From the human T2T-CHM13v2.0 reference genome, Homo sapiens, in NCBI RefSeq assembly GCF_009914755.1, contig NC_060937.1: a stretch of DNA of 64,000 nucleotides; one strand, written 5' to 3'. Both the position numbers and the translations under genes were made by a program. Shown here piece after piece: positions 16,951-30,012 of the stretch (positions are counted from its first letter, which is position 1; the number at the start of each line of letters is the position of its first letter). The notes below the pieces were generated by a model. It saw nothing but the letters and a program-made list of their open reading frames with translations. It did no database searches and was not told where the DNA came from.

Positions 16951-19900
16951 TATAAATGGATTCATTCAATAAAGCTGCAGGATACAAAACCAGCATACAA
17001 AAGTCAGTTATGTTTCTATATATTAACAGAAAAGAACTTAAAAAAAAACTATTATGATAATCCCATTTACAACAGCATCAAAAAGAATAAAATATTTAGA
17101 AATAAACTTAATCAAGGAGGCAAAAGACATGGACAGTAAACATTATTATACTTTAATGAAAGAAATGGAAAAAGATACAAATAAATAAAAAGATATCTCG
17201 TGTTCATGGATTGGAAGATTTAATATTATTAAATGTCCATACTACCCAAAGTGATCTACACATTTAATACAATTCCCATCAAAATGCAAAGAGCATTTTT
17301 TACAGAAAGAGATAAGAATCTCAACATTTATATGAAGCTACAACGTATAGAATAGCCAAAATAATCTTGAAAAAGAACAAAGCCAGAGGATTTATGTTTC
17401 CTGGTTTGAGAACATATTACAAAGCTACAGTAATTAAACTAGTATGTTACTGGCATTAATGACAGACACATAGATTAACAGAACAGAATAGAGAGCCCAG
17501 AAGTAAATTCACACATATATATGGTCAACTGATTTTAGCAAAGGTGCCAAGAATACACAAAGAGGAAAGGAGAGTACCTTCAACAAATAGTATTGTGAAA
17601 ACTGGATACCCACATAAAAAATAATAAAATTGAAACTTTTCTCTTATGCTCAAAAATCAGTTCAGACTAGATTGAAGACTTAAACAACAGACTTTAAATG
17701 GTAAAACTCCTGAAAGGAAACATACATGGAAAGGTTTGTGATATTAGTCTTGTCAGTGATTTACTAGATTTGACACTAAAAGCACAAGTCACAAAAGCTA
17801 AAATAGGTAAGTGAGATTGCATTATACTAAAAAGCTTCTGCACAGTAAACAATAAACAAACTGAAAAACTCATCTGTGTACTTGGAGAAAATAATTGCAA
17901 ATTATGTATCTGTTAAGAGATTAATATCCAAAATGCATAAGGACTTACTACAACTCAGTAAAAAAAAAAACATAACCCCATCAAATAACTGAAAAATGAG
18001 CAAATGAATTGAATAGACATTTTTTTCAAAAAAGACATATATATGATCAAGAGATATATGAAGTAAGTTCAACATCACCAATTATCATAAAATTGTAAAT
18101 CAAACCATAAGATATTACCTCACATCTATCACGGCAGTCCATATTTAAAACAAAACAAAAATAGCCAGTGTTATTAAGGTTGTGAAGATATTGGAAAACT
18201 TCTGCACTGTTAGTAAGAATGTAAAATGGTGTAGGCAATATGGAAAATATTATGGAGATTTGTAAAAAAATTAACAGTGTAACTCCAATATGATCAAGCA
18301 ATTCCACGTCTGAGTAATCAACCAAAATAATTGAAAGCCGAATCTTGAAGAGACATTTGCACTCTCATATTCTTTGCAGCATTAGTCATAATATCAAAGA
18401 AGTAGAAACAATGTAAATGTCCACTGAGAGGGGAATGGATAAAAAAAATTATATGCAAACACTAGAATACTATTCAGTCATAAAAAGTACAAAAGCCTGT
18501 AATATGTTACCACATGAATGAATCTTTAAACATTATGTTTTGTGAAATAGCCCAGTCACATTAGGACAAACATTGCAAGCTTCTGGTTACATGAGGTATG
18601 CAAATACTGAAACTCATAAAAGCAGCAGGTAGAATGTTGGTTTCTAGGTGCTGGGGGAAAAGTAAGTGAGAAGTTGATTTTTAATAGTGATGGTGGTGGG
18701 AGGCAGACAGGTTCCTAAGCAGGAAGGGATGGGATCCTGGTGAGGCCCGACCTTCAATCCAGGGACTGCCTGAAGCCTGGGGTCTGGGTTGCCAGTTCTG
18801 CGGGGAGTCCATGACTCAGAATGGAAACTTCCTTTATATCTTTTGGACAGTCAGATGGTGCTTTTTCTGGGCCCACCCATGGACCAATCAGCATGCACTG
18901 CCTCCATTCTGAGCCCTTAAAAACCCCAGATTCAGACAAACCTAGACACATGTTAAGACTACTCCCCTGCGGGTAGAGCTACCCACTTCCAATCTCCTCT
19001 ACCCTGAGAGTTGTTCTGCTGCTGAATGAAACTCTTCTCCAACTTGCTCAGCCTCCAGTTGTTTGGGTAACCTCATTCTTCCTAGATACCGGGCAAGAAC
19101 TCGGGACCCACCAAACAGCAGGTGCAAAAAGGGCTGTAACAATTTACTGGCTGGCTTACTGATCTGTGGGCAGTGATACACTCTCATTCATTGGACTGCA
19201 GGAGTGAAGAGTGGCGACCCTTCTGGAGGCCCAGACCTTAGGATTCCCTGAGCCAAAGCTGTTTCACTATAGTCCTCCCACCCTCCTCCAGGGTTGGGTG
19301 GCCACCCCACATGATGGAAAGCAGTTGTCAGGCCAGACCAGGAGCCACAGGCCAAAGCAGGGCAGTGAGACTGAACAAGCTGTAACACAAACGGGCTGAA
19401 ATACGCCTCTGCCCCAATTCATCACACTGTGGGTGGCAGGAACAAGAGAGTTGTAACACACCTCGCCCCCGACCCCTTGGGGCTCCACGGTTGCTGTTGT
19501 CTCTGAGTTTTCAGGCGCCACTGCATTCCTCTCCTCTAGACACTGGTTCTCGTGGCAGAAGCTGCTTGCAGTAGGCCTGGTGCAACTGCAGCTTTACAGG
19601 GAACCGGCACCTGTGCTGGTGCCTGGAGCTGCCCGCCCCACGGCAGCAGCCAGTGCGCTGCTGTGTGCAGTGGCTGGACCCTTGACTCTCTCACTCACAC
19701 TCCCCTCACCGCTCTGCACCAAGTTTTCAGGAGCCACTTGGCTCCCGGCTCACCCTTGGTGGTCATGGGATGGGGGCCAGTAGCCTGAGCCGAGCCCAGC
19801 CTGCCAGGCTGAGTGGGTGGAATGAGCCCAGTGGGCATCAGCAAAACTCAAGCAGGGGCGCCACCAGCCACAGAGGTTTCTGGCTGGCAAGGTGACACTC

Positions 19901-20073
19901 TAAAGATTCTTTGACAATAGTTATAAAGTTTTAGTAATGAAAGATTAGAAAGTTCTGGAGATTTACTATACAACATTGCACTTACAGTTAGCAATATTGT
20001 ACTGTACTAGACAATTAAATATTTACTAAGAGGGTAGAGCTAATGTTATGTGATTTTTACGACTATAAAAAAA
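16951..20073 (+). mobile_element. L1MA9/10-like ORF2 3' half plus 3' UTR, interrupted by an LTR at 18688-19916
   Basis: Continuous ORF2 motifs (aatcccatttacaacagcatc, aaaagcttctgcacag) and 3' end aagttctggagat...aagagggtagagctaatgttatgtg...poly-A. Confidence 0.85.
18688..19916 (+). mobile_element. ERV1 solo LTR, MER52 family (MER52C-like; LTR27/28-related)
   Basis: TG...CA ends, exact 4-bp TSD atag (18684-18687, 19917-19920), GC-rich, ggaccaatcagc CCAAT box, end ccaccagccacagaggtttc...gaca. Confidence 0.85.
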
Positions 20074-20074
20074 G

Positions 20075-21975
20075 CACAATTGATATTTGCATGTTGATTT
20101 TGTCTCCAATGACATTTCTAAACTCTTTTATTCGTTCTTATAGCATTTCAGTGGAACTTCTTTTTAGTACTTTTATATATACAAGTGTGTCATCCAAAAA
20201 TAGAGACAATTGTATGTAGTTGTATCTAGTCTGCATTCCATCTATTTCCTATGCACTGGCTAGGAGTTCAAGTATCATGGAGTGGTAAGAGGGGACGTTT
20301 TTGCTTTTATTCCAATCATAGGGCAACACATTCAGTCTTTGACCATTAAATATAATGTTAGCCCTATGGTTTCTTGTAGAGGCCATTTATCAGGTAAAGA
20401 AAGTTCCTTTCTCTTTCTAGTTTACTGAGTATTTTTATAATAAAAGAGCATTAAATATTCTTAAATAAGTTTTCTCCATTATCGCGATAGTCAACAGTAT
20501 TTTTCGTATTTAGCCAATTATGGTGAAATACATTAATCTACTTCCAAATGTTGACAATCTGGCATTCCTGAGGTCAAATTCCACTTGGTCTTGATTGATT
20601 ATGCTTTATATACATTGTTATGTTCAATTTGTTAATATCTTGTTGAGAATTTTTTAATCTAAGTTCACCAGTAATATTTATGGTTTTCTTTGCTTGTAAT
20701 GCCTTCGTCTGTTTTTGATATTACAGTAAATACTTTGAGAAGTATTTTCATCTTTGTTTTTTGAAATAAACTGTGTGAAATAGGTATTATTTTCTCATAT
20801 TCACTAGTAAAATCATCTGAGTCCTGAACTGAATTTTAAACAAAAATTTTAAACTAAAAATTTAATTTATTTAATAAGTATAGTGCTATTCAAGTTTTCA
20901 GTTTTGTGAGATTATGTCTTACAAGAAATTTGTCAATTTAATCTAAGTTTTTGGATTCATGGGCATAAAGTTGTTTTATTATTTCCTTATCATTCTTTTA
21001 ATATCTGTAATACTAGAGTGCTATTACTTCTTTTGTTCTTGATATTGGCAAAGAGTACCAAAGAGTACTTCCTGTCACTTGTTTTCTTTTTTTTTTTTTT
21101 CCCCCCATCAGACTGGCTGGAGATTTATCAGTTTTATTGATTCTTCAAATAACAGAACCAACTTTAGATTTTCTTTATTTTTCTCTACATCTTTAAATTT
21201 TCTTTTTCATTGATTTTTACTTTGATCTTTATTATTTCTTCCGCTTTCTTTGGGTTTATTTTTAATTTTATTTTTCTATTTTATTAACTTAGAAACCCTG
21301 ATTATTAACTTTAGATTTGTAATATAGACTGCACATTTCCTTGTGAATACTATTTTAACTGCATCATACAATTTTTGAAATACTGTCTTATGAGCTCAAA
21401 ATGTTTTAATTTTCTTGAGAATTCATTTTCTTTCTTTTTTTTTTTTTTCTTTTTTTGAGACAGAGTCTCTCTCTGTCTCCCAGGCTGGAGTGCAGTGGCA
21501 CCATCTCAGCGTACTGTAACCTCCACCTCCTGGGTTCAAGGGATTCTTGTGCCTCAGCCTCCTGAGTGGGTGGGTTTACACGCACCTGCCACCATGCCTG
21601 GCTAATTTTTTTGTACTTTTAGAAGAGATGGAGTTTTGCCATGTTGCCCAGGCTAGTCTCAAACTCCTGAGCTCCGGTGATCTGCCCACCTTGGCCTCCA
21701 AAAGTGCTAGGATTACAGGCATAAGCCATCACACCCAGTCATTTCTTACATTATTTGTGTGGGTAAACTAATTTTCAAAGTTTTGAGAACTTCTCCATAT
21801 ATATTTTTTAAATTTCTACTTTAATTATATTATGGCCGCATAATACAGTTTATATGATTTCTAGTGTTTAAAATTAGTTCAGATTTTTTTTCTTTGTCTT
21901 TGAATATGGTCTACGTTTTTGAATGTTTTATGTGTGCTTGAAAAGGAAATGTATTCTAATTGGGGGAAAGTGTTC
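20075..21975 (-). mobile_element. Old L1M ORF2 fragment (interrupted by Alu)
   Basis: Antisense ORF2 motifs: ttcagtctttgaccattaaatataatgttagc, ccacttggtc, tgtgtgcttgaaaagg..tgtattct. Confidence 0.75.
21426..21740 (-). mobile_element. Alu (S or late J)
   Basis: Poly-T, gagacagagtctc...ggattacaggcataagccatcacacccag. Confidence 0.93.
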
Positions 21976-22484
21976 TCATTTTTGTATAAAAGCCCCCAGT
22001 GCCACTAATATCTAGAGTCATCCTATTTAGGTGCTTTGAATAATCTGAGATTTCTTTATCAATTTTCTATAATGATATATATTCAAGAACATTTTAATAA
22101 TGTTCCTTGATTAAATTTGATTAGCCGGTAAGGACAGAAATATTATCTGCATTAGTGTACTTCTAGAAAGTTGATGTAAGAATTATTTCTTTGGATAGGC
22201 AACAAGAGGAATCCTGAATTCTTAAAGAAAAATCTTCCCAAATTCAATCACTGTATTTACAAAATGAAATCTGCTTTTTTGTATCTATATCAACCAGAGG
22301 CATCTCATACAAGCATTCTTTACATAGCTAAAGTGAAACAAAATAAATATAGTATATATTTTATGTTTTACCTCCATTTTTGAAAAAATCGATTTTTAAT
22401 TGCTTTATCATCTTAATATAAAAAGTTTATTATTTGTTTGGTTATTTTTGTATTTATTATGCTTTATGAGCTTCTTGATCCAAT

Positions 22485-22536
22485 CTCCCTTGATTTTGCA
22501 CCTGAGGCAAGTGCCTCACTCAAGTCCTGGCCTTGG
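22485..22536 (-). mobile_element. hAT-Tip100 (MER96-like) terminal fragment
   Basis: ttttgcacctgaggcaagtgcctcactcaagtcctggccttg resembles a MER96-type terminus. Confidence 0.4.
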
Positions 22537-22567
22537 GTAGTGCAAGAGAGCTGAGGGAGCGGAAGTC

Positions 22568-22718
22568 TTTTTATTATGATTACTTTATTATTATTATTTA
22601 TAGAGTCATAGTCTTGCTGTGTTTCTCAGGCTGCTCTTGCACTCCTAGGCTCAATTGATTACGCTGCCTCAGCCTCCTGAAGTGCTGGGATTATAGACAT
22701 GAGCCACTGTACCTGGCC
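22568..22718 (-). mobile_element. FLAM / free left Alu monomer
   Basis: gtcttgctgtgtttctcaggctgctcttgcactcctaggctcaa...gagccactgtacctggcc with (TTA)n tail. Confidence 0.85.
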
Positions 22719-23986
22719 TTGTTTGATTTTTTAAATCATGCTTTATGAGGTATTTTTAAAGCAATTCTAGTTTTTTCCTGAAAGATTTGTAATTATTGAT
22801 TTCCTTATACATAGCAAGTACGAATAATGTAAAAGTAATCTAGCATTAGCACAAAGCATTTTTCTAAATTATCCCTGCTAGCTAGTATTACTATTTGAAG
22901 GCTTCCAAAGGTAAAGTGGTACAGTCTTGTTTTGCATTGTTCGCTGGAATAATGGAAGGAGAAAACTGCATTTAGAATTTTCATCCATGGCTTCTATCTT
23001 TTGCTAATGTATAAGGATTGCTTAGTTAAGAAACATTAATAACTTGTTTTTATCAAGAGCATGCTTCAAGTTTTAAACATATTGAGATAATACCAACCCA
23101 TTTGCTTACCACTTTCATACTCACAGGATCAGGTTCAAGTGTTTCTTTATTCCTTTATTTCCTTTGATCTTCAGGAAAGTCTACCTTTATTATAATTTAC
23201 TTTTGATAAGGTTTTATCGTCAATGCCTAAATTTCAAAGCCCAATTCTGAATCACCTTTTACTAGAACAGAGTAAGATATTGAGAATTAGATATTCTACA
23301 CAATGAATTAAATGTATTAGCGTATTCGGATTTGACATTTAACGTTGCGGAATATGACATTGCTTTTTCCTTAAATTCCAAAGAAATCTTGAGTATCTAC
23401 CACAGAAAGTTATTGGAAAAAGCTGGTTTAATTTGATTTAAATGTTCCTTGACCTCCATGTACTCTAGTGTTTTTGTTTGTTTGTTTGCTTAATTCTAGA
23501 ATATGTTCTTTTTGTTGCTCATGATATGTGCTGGTCTGCGTGTGCCTCTTTTCCAATATCTCTGGATAAAAAGAAACACTTCTGTAAACTGAAAGTTCTG
23601 GTTGTAAATCCTATTGTGTGAAAAGTAAACAGTATCTATTCAAATAAAAAGAATTTATATCCTAATAACTTAAGTGCATTTAGTTTTCAATACACTCCTC
23701 ATCTCAACCTGCCCTTAATTGGATATGGATATGATTATATTAGTAGCTGTTCCTAGAGATAAACTGGAGATGTCAATGTTGATGTGGTCAAAATTAATCA
23801 TCTTGCTAAGAACAAAAATGTTTCTATTAACTGTGTCAAGTTTGCCTTACACTTTTTCTTTTAGGAAAAAGAAATCAGTCCCTTTTAAAAGGGATACTAA
23901 ATTGGCTTATTCCTATTTTAACCATATAGGTCCAAACATAAGTTTTGGCTTAAGATAGTTTATTACCCCCACCACCTGCATATCTA

Positions 23987-24696
23987 CAGTAGTTCCCGCA
24001 TATCAGCTGTTTGGTTTTTCATGGTTTCAGTTATCCAAGACAACCATGATGCAAAAACATTAAATGAAAAATTTCAGAAATATTCATACATTTTAAATTG
24101 TGCACCATTCTGTGTAGCATGATGAAATCTCATGCCATTCAACTCAGTCCTGCCTGGGACATAAATCAAACTTTTGTTTAGCAGATCCATGCTGTAGACA
24201 CTGCCCATCACTTTAGTCACTTAGTAGCCATCTTGGTTCTCAGGTTAACTTTTCTGGTACTGCAGTCCTTGTGTTTAGATAATCTTTATTTAACTTAATA
24301 ATGGCCCCAAAGCACAAGAGTAATTTTGATATCCCAAGCAGAAGCCATACGTGCATTCTTTAAGTGGAAAAAATGAAAGTTATTGACTTAATGAGAAAAG
24401 AGAAAAACATCATATTCAAAGGTTGCTAACATCTATGGAAAAGACAATCTTTTATCCATGAAATTGTAAAGATGGAAAAAGAAATTTGTGTCAGTTTTGC
24501 TCTTGCAACTTAACCTGGTAAAGTTGTGGCCACAGTACATAATATGTGTTTAGTTAGTATGAAAAAGACATTACATTTGTGAGTAGAAGACATGATCAGA
24601 AATATTTTCTGATTGACAGCAATTGGGATGGTTACTCTCCGTGGTTTCAGGCATCCACTGGGGAACTTGGAATGAATTCCCTGCCAATAATTACTG
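23987..24696 (+). mobile_element. MER44C/D (Tigger7-derived DNA transposon)
   Basis: ta-cagtagttccc...ggtttcagtta...; end ggtttcaggcatccactgggg...ttactg. Confidence 0.85.
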
Positions 24697-25473
24697 TCTC
24701 ATAGGAATAACTAATTTTGATTTATAAAAAAACACATTGAGCAACTCTCAATTGGAATTAAACAGTTTAGTGGGTGATACAAAATTCTAAAATATAAATC
24801 AATTTCATATTTTATGAATTTTTGAGAAGGGATCATAATGATATGTGCATATATCAGATTACTCCAAGTTTATGGTTTAAAAAATCATTGCCTAAAGTGC
24901 TGTAAAATGATATTTTTAAATGCTTATCACATTCAGTAGGAATAAAATATTGATATCCTATTATGAGGAAAATCATGTTTTAACATGAGGTATGAATGGA
25001 TTTAGCCCTAGTTATAGTTTTTTAATTATTAAAAGTTTTAATATATATGAAATACTTAGTGAATTACTTTTTAGTATTCCAAGTCATTAAAAATCTGTGG
25101 CTATATTATTAATTAATTTCAGTATCCAGGTCATTAAGTTGCTTCTCCAAGTTTTGCTAATGCTGAAGGCATGGATTTAAATGAACCAATGTATAACACA
25201 CACAAAAAATGATGTTCATTAGCCACATTAAAGAATATCCTTTACATAAAATATCTTAAAACTAATTCAGAGCCCAGTATTCCTCTCTCACCAGAAGAGA
25301 GGAAAACTCTGGCCTTGAGATTTAAAATCAGGATGGCTTTATACCTGAACACTGCAGCATTTATGTAGAATGCAGTTCCAATGACGTATTTAGAAACACA
25401 AACATAATAACACTATTATACATGAAAAGTGATAAATATTTGTTACTTTATTAAATGCACAATAGTTAGTAAT

Positions 25474-25848
25474 TTATATGGTTTGGCTGTATGTCCTCAC
25501 CCAAATCTCACTGGAGTTGTAATTCTCATATGTCAGGAGAGGGACCTGGTGGGAGGTGACTGAATCATGGAAGACTTTCCTCTTTCTGTTCTGATGATAG
25601 TGAGTGAGTTCTCATGATATCTGATAGTTTAAAAGTGTGTGGCACTTCCCCCTTCTCTCTCTCTCTCTCCTGCACCCATGTGAAGAAGGTGCCTGCTTTC
25701 GCTTCCTCCATGATTGTAAGTTTCTTGAGCCCTTTCATTCATGCTTCCTGTTAAGCTTGCAGAACTCTGAGTCAATTAAGCCTCTCTTCTTCATAAATTA
25801 CCCAGTGTCAGGTAGTTCTTTATATCAATATGAGAATGAACTAATGTA
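25474..25848 (+). mobile_element. MSTA solo LTR
   Basis: atatggtttggctg...catgtgaagaaggtgcctgctt...ggtagttcttta..gaactaat; TSD gtaat/ttaat. Confidence 0.88.
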
Positions 25849-26349
25849 TTAATTATAAGGCATTAGGAAACTCACTGAAATATACAGTAATAAACCTGTT
25901 ATAAAAACTTTGCCTTTATTAAGAAGCCATTGTAATTTTTGAAATTTCATGTTTTCAATAATTTTAGTAAAGATAATTGTTTCTTTTCTCTCCTCTTAGA
26001 AAACATATGAGTATATTATGGAGGATGCATAACATAAAACTGATATTTATATTTAATTTAATGGGAAATACTTGAGGCTGAACGACTATATAAGGGAAGA
26101 TGGTGTCAATTGGGAAAGAGGTAGGGAGTTGTACGATGTATCAGATTTCTCTTACAAATGACCAGAAGGGCTGCAGAGCATAGATAAATGATACGAAAAG
26201 CAGCACTCCAGAGTATATGACACACTATGAAAGAGAAAACAGCAATTCTTTTTTTAGAATGTGAAAAAGGAGCAGAGATGCTAGCTGAAGAAGCTACTCT
26301 GCTCTTGTTTTCACATATTCTCTAGAATTGTGGAAGGAGGTTTATGCAT

Positions 26350-27041
26350 ATTTCTTGGCCAGCAATCAATTGAGAAAGGTGCTGGTTTGTTTATCCAAGG
26401 ATATATAACCATATTATGGTTTAAATTCCTACATCACATAATAAATAAAATCTATTCCTGATGTAATATATAAAATAATCTTAGAAATCAATGAGAAAAT
26501 AATCTAAGTTTTTGTTAAATATGAGTAAAAATGGGGGCTTTAATAAAAAGAATTTTGAGTGACTGAAAAGTTTATAAAGGGGATCAACATCATTACCTAG
26601 TAGGGTAATGAGATTCCACTATTTTATTCATTACTAATGCAAAATGTAAAATTGTAAAATATCAAGTGATGACAAGGAGCAACTGAAACCCTCATACAGT
26701 ACTGGAAAGAGTGAATATTATTAGAACCAATTTGGGAAAATATGTGGCATTATCTATTAAAGATAAAATATACAAAAATCTATGGCCTAATAACCCCGTA
26801 GGTAAATAAACAGTAGAAATATATTCAGCAGGCCTCAAAACCAGGTGAAATATGTCAGCTAAAGCATTATCCATTAAAGGCAGAAACTGAAATAACTCAA
26901 ATGTTCATCTGCAGTAGAATGGACAAATGAAAGACACAAATGAATAATCTGTTGCCATTCTTAACATCATAGAATAGATTAATGTCGGAATAATAATGTT
27001 AAGAACAAGAATCCAAACATAAAAAGTTCATACTATGTGAT
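26350..27041 (+). mobile_element. L1ME-type ORF2 end/3' UTR fragment
   Basis: gagcaactgaaaccctcataca..., aaatgttcatctgcagtagaatggacaaat, catactatgtgat. Confidence 0.65.
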
Positions 27042-27404
27042 TGTATTAGTCCATCTTCATACTTCTATGAAGGAATACTCAAGACTGGGTAATTTATAAA
27101 GAAAATGAAGTTTAATGGACTCACAGTTTCACATGGCTGGGCAGGCCTCACAATCATGTCAGGAGGTGAAAGAGGAGCAAAGGGATGTCTTATATGGTGG
27201 CAGGCAAGGGAGACTGTGCAAGGGAACTTCCCTTTATAAAACCATCAGATCTCCTGAGACTTATTCACTATCACAAGAACCACACGGGAAAAACCTGCCC
27301 CATGACTCAATTACCTCCCACGGGGTCCCTTCTATGACATGTGGGGATCATGGGAGCTACAATTCAAGATGAGATTTGATTGGGGACACAGCCTAATCAT
27401 GTCA
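27042..27404 (-). mobile_element. THE1C-type solo LTR
   Basis: tgtattagtcc...ggggacacagcctaatcatgtca; exact TSD gtgat (27037-27041, 27405-27409). Confidence 0.92.
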
Positions 27405-27865
27405 GTGATTATGGTGTTCATAATAGGAAAATTGTATGTATTTTATTAAAAGTTAGCATAGCATTATATTCTTTCAGAAGTACCTTCTGAAAGACAAGGA
27501 CTTTTCTACTTCTTGACTTTTAGAAAAGTCTTGAACTAAAAAAAATGTCCTTAGTTGAACTTAATACTTTTCTAAAGACACGCGATAACTATGTTAAAAA
27601 GGAAACTATAGTGTGCGTTAGATGTTAGGAAATGCCACAGAGAAAAATGAAACATGAAGGAGAAATAGGAGTTGTTAGGAAAGGGGGTTTGCAATTTCGA
27701 ACAGGGAGATTAAGAAAGTATCACTTAGTAGGTGATATTTGTTTAAGAAAGAAGTTTATCTGCAGACTTCTGAGGGCAAAGAGAAAATTGCAGAGTCAAA
27801 AACCTTGAGGTAGAGAGCTTCTGGCCATGGTCAAGGACAGACAGGAGTAGGCAAGAGAGAGAGAA

Positions 27866-28153
27866 CAGTAGTCCCTCCTTATCTGGGGTTTTGCTTTACA
27901 TGGTTTTAGCTACCCACTATCAACAGTAGTCAGAAGATATTCAGATATTTTGAGAAAAAAAGATCACATTTACATAACTTTTATTACAGTATATTTTGTT
28001 TTATTTATAGTTGTTAATTTCTTACTGTACCTATCTTACTTTATCATACGTATGAATGTATAGAAAAAAATACATATATAGGGTTTAGTATTATCTGTCA
28101 TCAGCAATCCACCAGAAACCTTGGAATTCTCTGTGGATAACGGGGGATTACTG
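27866..28153 (+). mobile_element. MER44A DNA transposon
   Basis: TIRs cagtagtccctccttatc / gataacgggggattactg followed by TA. Confidence 0.88.
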
Positions 28154-28185
28154 TAAAAGGCACTGAGGTCATTTTGGTAACAATG

Positions 28186-28880
28186 GGCTGTAGATGGAAT
28201 TGTGTTCCCCTTAAACTTACATGTTGAAGCTCCAATCCTCAATATGACTAAATTTGGAGGTAGGAATTTTAGGAGGTAATTAAGGTTTAATGAAGTCATG
28301 AGGATGTGTCCCTAATCCAATGAGAAGAGGATGATCTCTCCGTTTCTCTCCTGAGAACACAGTGAGGCCATCTGCAAGCTAGAAAGAGTTCTCACAAGAA
28401 ACTGAATCATCTTAGATGTCCCCATTTCCAGAAAAGTGAGAAAATAAATTTCTGTTGTCTACAACACCCAGTCCATGGTAATTTTGTTATGGCAGCTGAT
28501 ATGGTTTAGCTCTGTTCCCATGAAATCCCATCTTGTATTGTCATTCCCACAATTCCCACGTGTTGTGGGAGGAACCTTGTGGGATGTGATTGAATTATGG
28601 GGCAGGTCTTTCCTGAACTGTTTCTCGTGATAGTGAATGAGTTTCACAAGATCTGATGGTTTTAAAAAATGGGAGTTTCCCTGCACAAGCTCTCTTTTTG
28701 CCTGCTGCCATACATGTAAGATGTGATTTGCTCCTCCTTGCCTTCCACCATGATTGTGAGGCTTTCCTAGCCATGTGGAACTGTAGGTCCATCAAACCTA
28801 TTTTTTCTTCCCAGTCTCGGGTATGTCTTTTTCCGCATGTGAAAACGAACTAACACAACAGCCCAAGCAGACTGGTACTT
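28186..28880 (+). mobile_element. MLT1A0-type LTR interrupted by a THE1 LTR
   Basis: gaattgtgttcccc...ggccatctgcaagc...aaataaatttctgttg...tttgttatggcagc [THE1] ccaagcagact. Confidence 0.8.
28497..28857 (+). mobile_element. THE1A-type solo LTR
   Basis: tgatatggttt...aaaaatgggagtttccctgcacaagctctc...gggtatgtcttt...aactaacaca; TSD gcagc/acagc. Confidence 0.9.
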
Positions 28881-29869
28881 AAGGGGGCAATTATGTAGAT
28901 CTTACAGTATATTCTAGAGACTGGATTTTACTCTGAATGACTTGGAAGAAATTGTATAGATATTGGACAGAAGCATAGTCTGATATAATTTGTAATTTAA
29001 AGACATCAGTCTGATTGCCATATTGGGGTAACTGGGTAAAAAAGGGAAAATAATAAAAGCAAATAGAACAACTAATAACTACAAATATAATGTTGGCATA
29101 AACAAAGGTGATAGCAGAGAAGACATGGCCACTGAGAGTCAAAAATTAAATAAAAATCCCTGAACTAATCAGTTGTACTCTCCAAATCTGGAATGCATTA
29201 TATATATAATATATTATTTTTGATGGCAAGGATTGCTACAAAGAAACATGGTACAACCATGGGAAAGAAGAGAGTAGGGTAGTCATTTGGGGCATGAATC
29301 TTGGTCATTTGTGCACATACTTGAGTAAGTTATAAAAGCATACCATGAGGATATCTGTGGAAAGAATATCCAAGGTCCCAAATATGAGAACATGTTGAAA
29401 TGTTCAAGAAACGATGAGGACAGCATGGCTGGAGCAAACAATAAATAGAGAACTAGGAATTTGAAGACGGATTTGTAGTCAAGAACAAAGTTTTGTGTCC
29501 TTCCTTTATTTTAAGAGGAAATAAAGTGCATCATTAGTATGTTGGTAGACTTTACTCTGAAGAGATAGAAAACTGATGATGCAAAAAGAGAGAACAGAAT
29601 TTCTGCAGCCGGGGCTTGCTAAAGAGTATCAGCAGATAACTGTAGAATATAAGGGAAAAAAATCAAGATACCTAGAAAAGAAGGCAATGTTTGTAGGCTT
29701 CACCCATATAAGTGGGCTGACATGGAGTGAAAGTGGTAAAATGTTTCTAATAACTGATTCTGTGAAGAAAGAAAGGAAAGGAAGTATTGAAAGTTTGAAG
29801 AGAATGGAAGATATAAAATGAAAGATATTAAATATTCACCCAAGAATATGGTTAGCAAATGGCTTAGAT

Positions 29870-30012
29870 TAGTGGTTCTCAAGCATGGCTGCATACCAAA
29901 AGTGCCTGTGGAGCTTTAACAAGCACATGTGCAATTATGAATTAATTGGTTTGGGGTAGGTCTAAACATTGCAATTTTTAAAAAGTTGCCCGGGTGATTT
30001 TAATGCACACAC
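29870..30012. mobile_element. MER5-type (hAT-Charlie) MITE
   Basis: agtggttctcaa...ggctgcata...aattggtttggggtagg...gtgattttaatgcaca. Confidence 0.7.

Noticed and set aside
19848-19865. CTCF-like caagcaggggcgcc in the MER52 LTR
   Set aside because: One base short of the core spacing and mismatched at the 5' CC; too weak to call.
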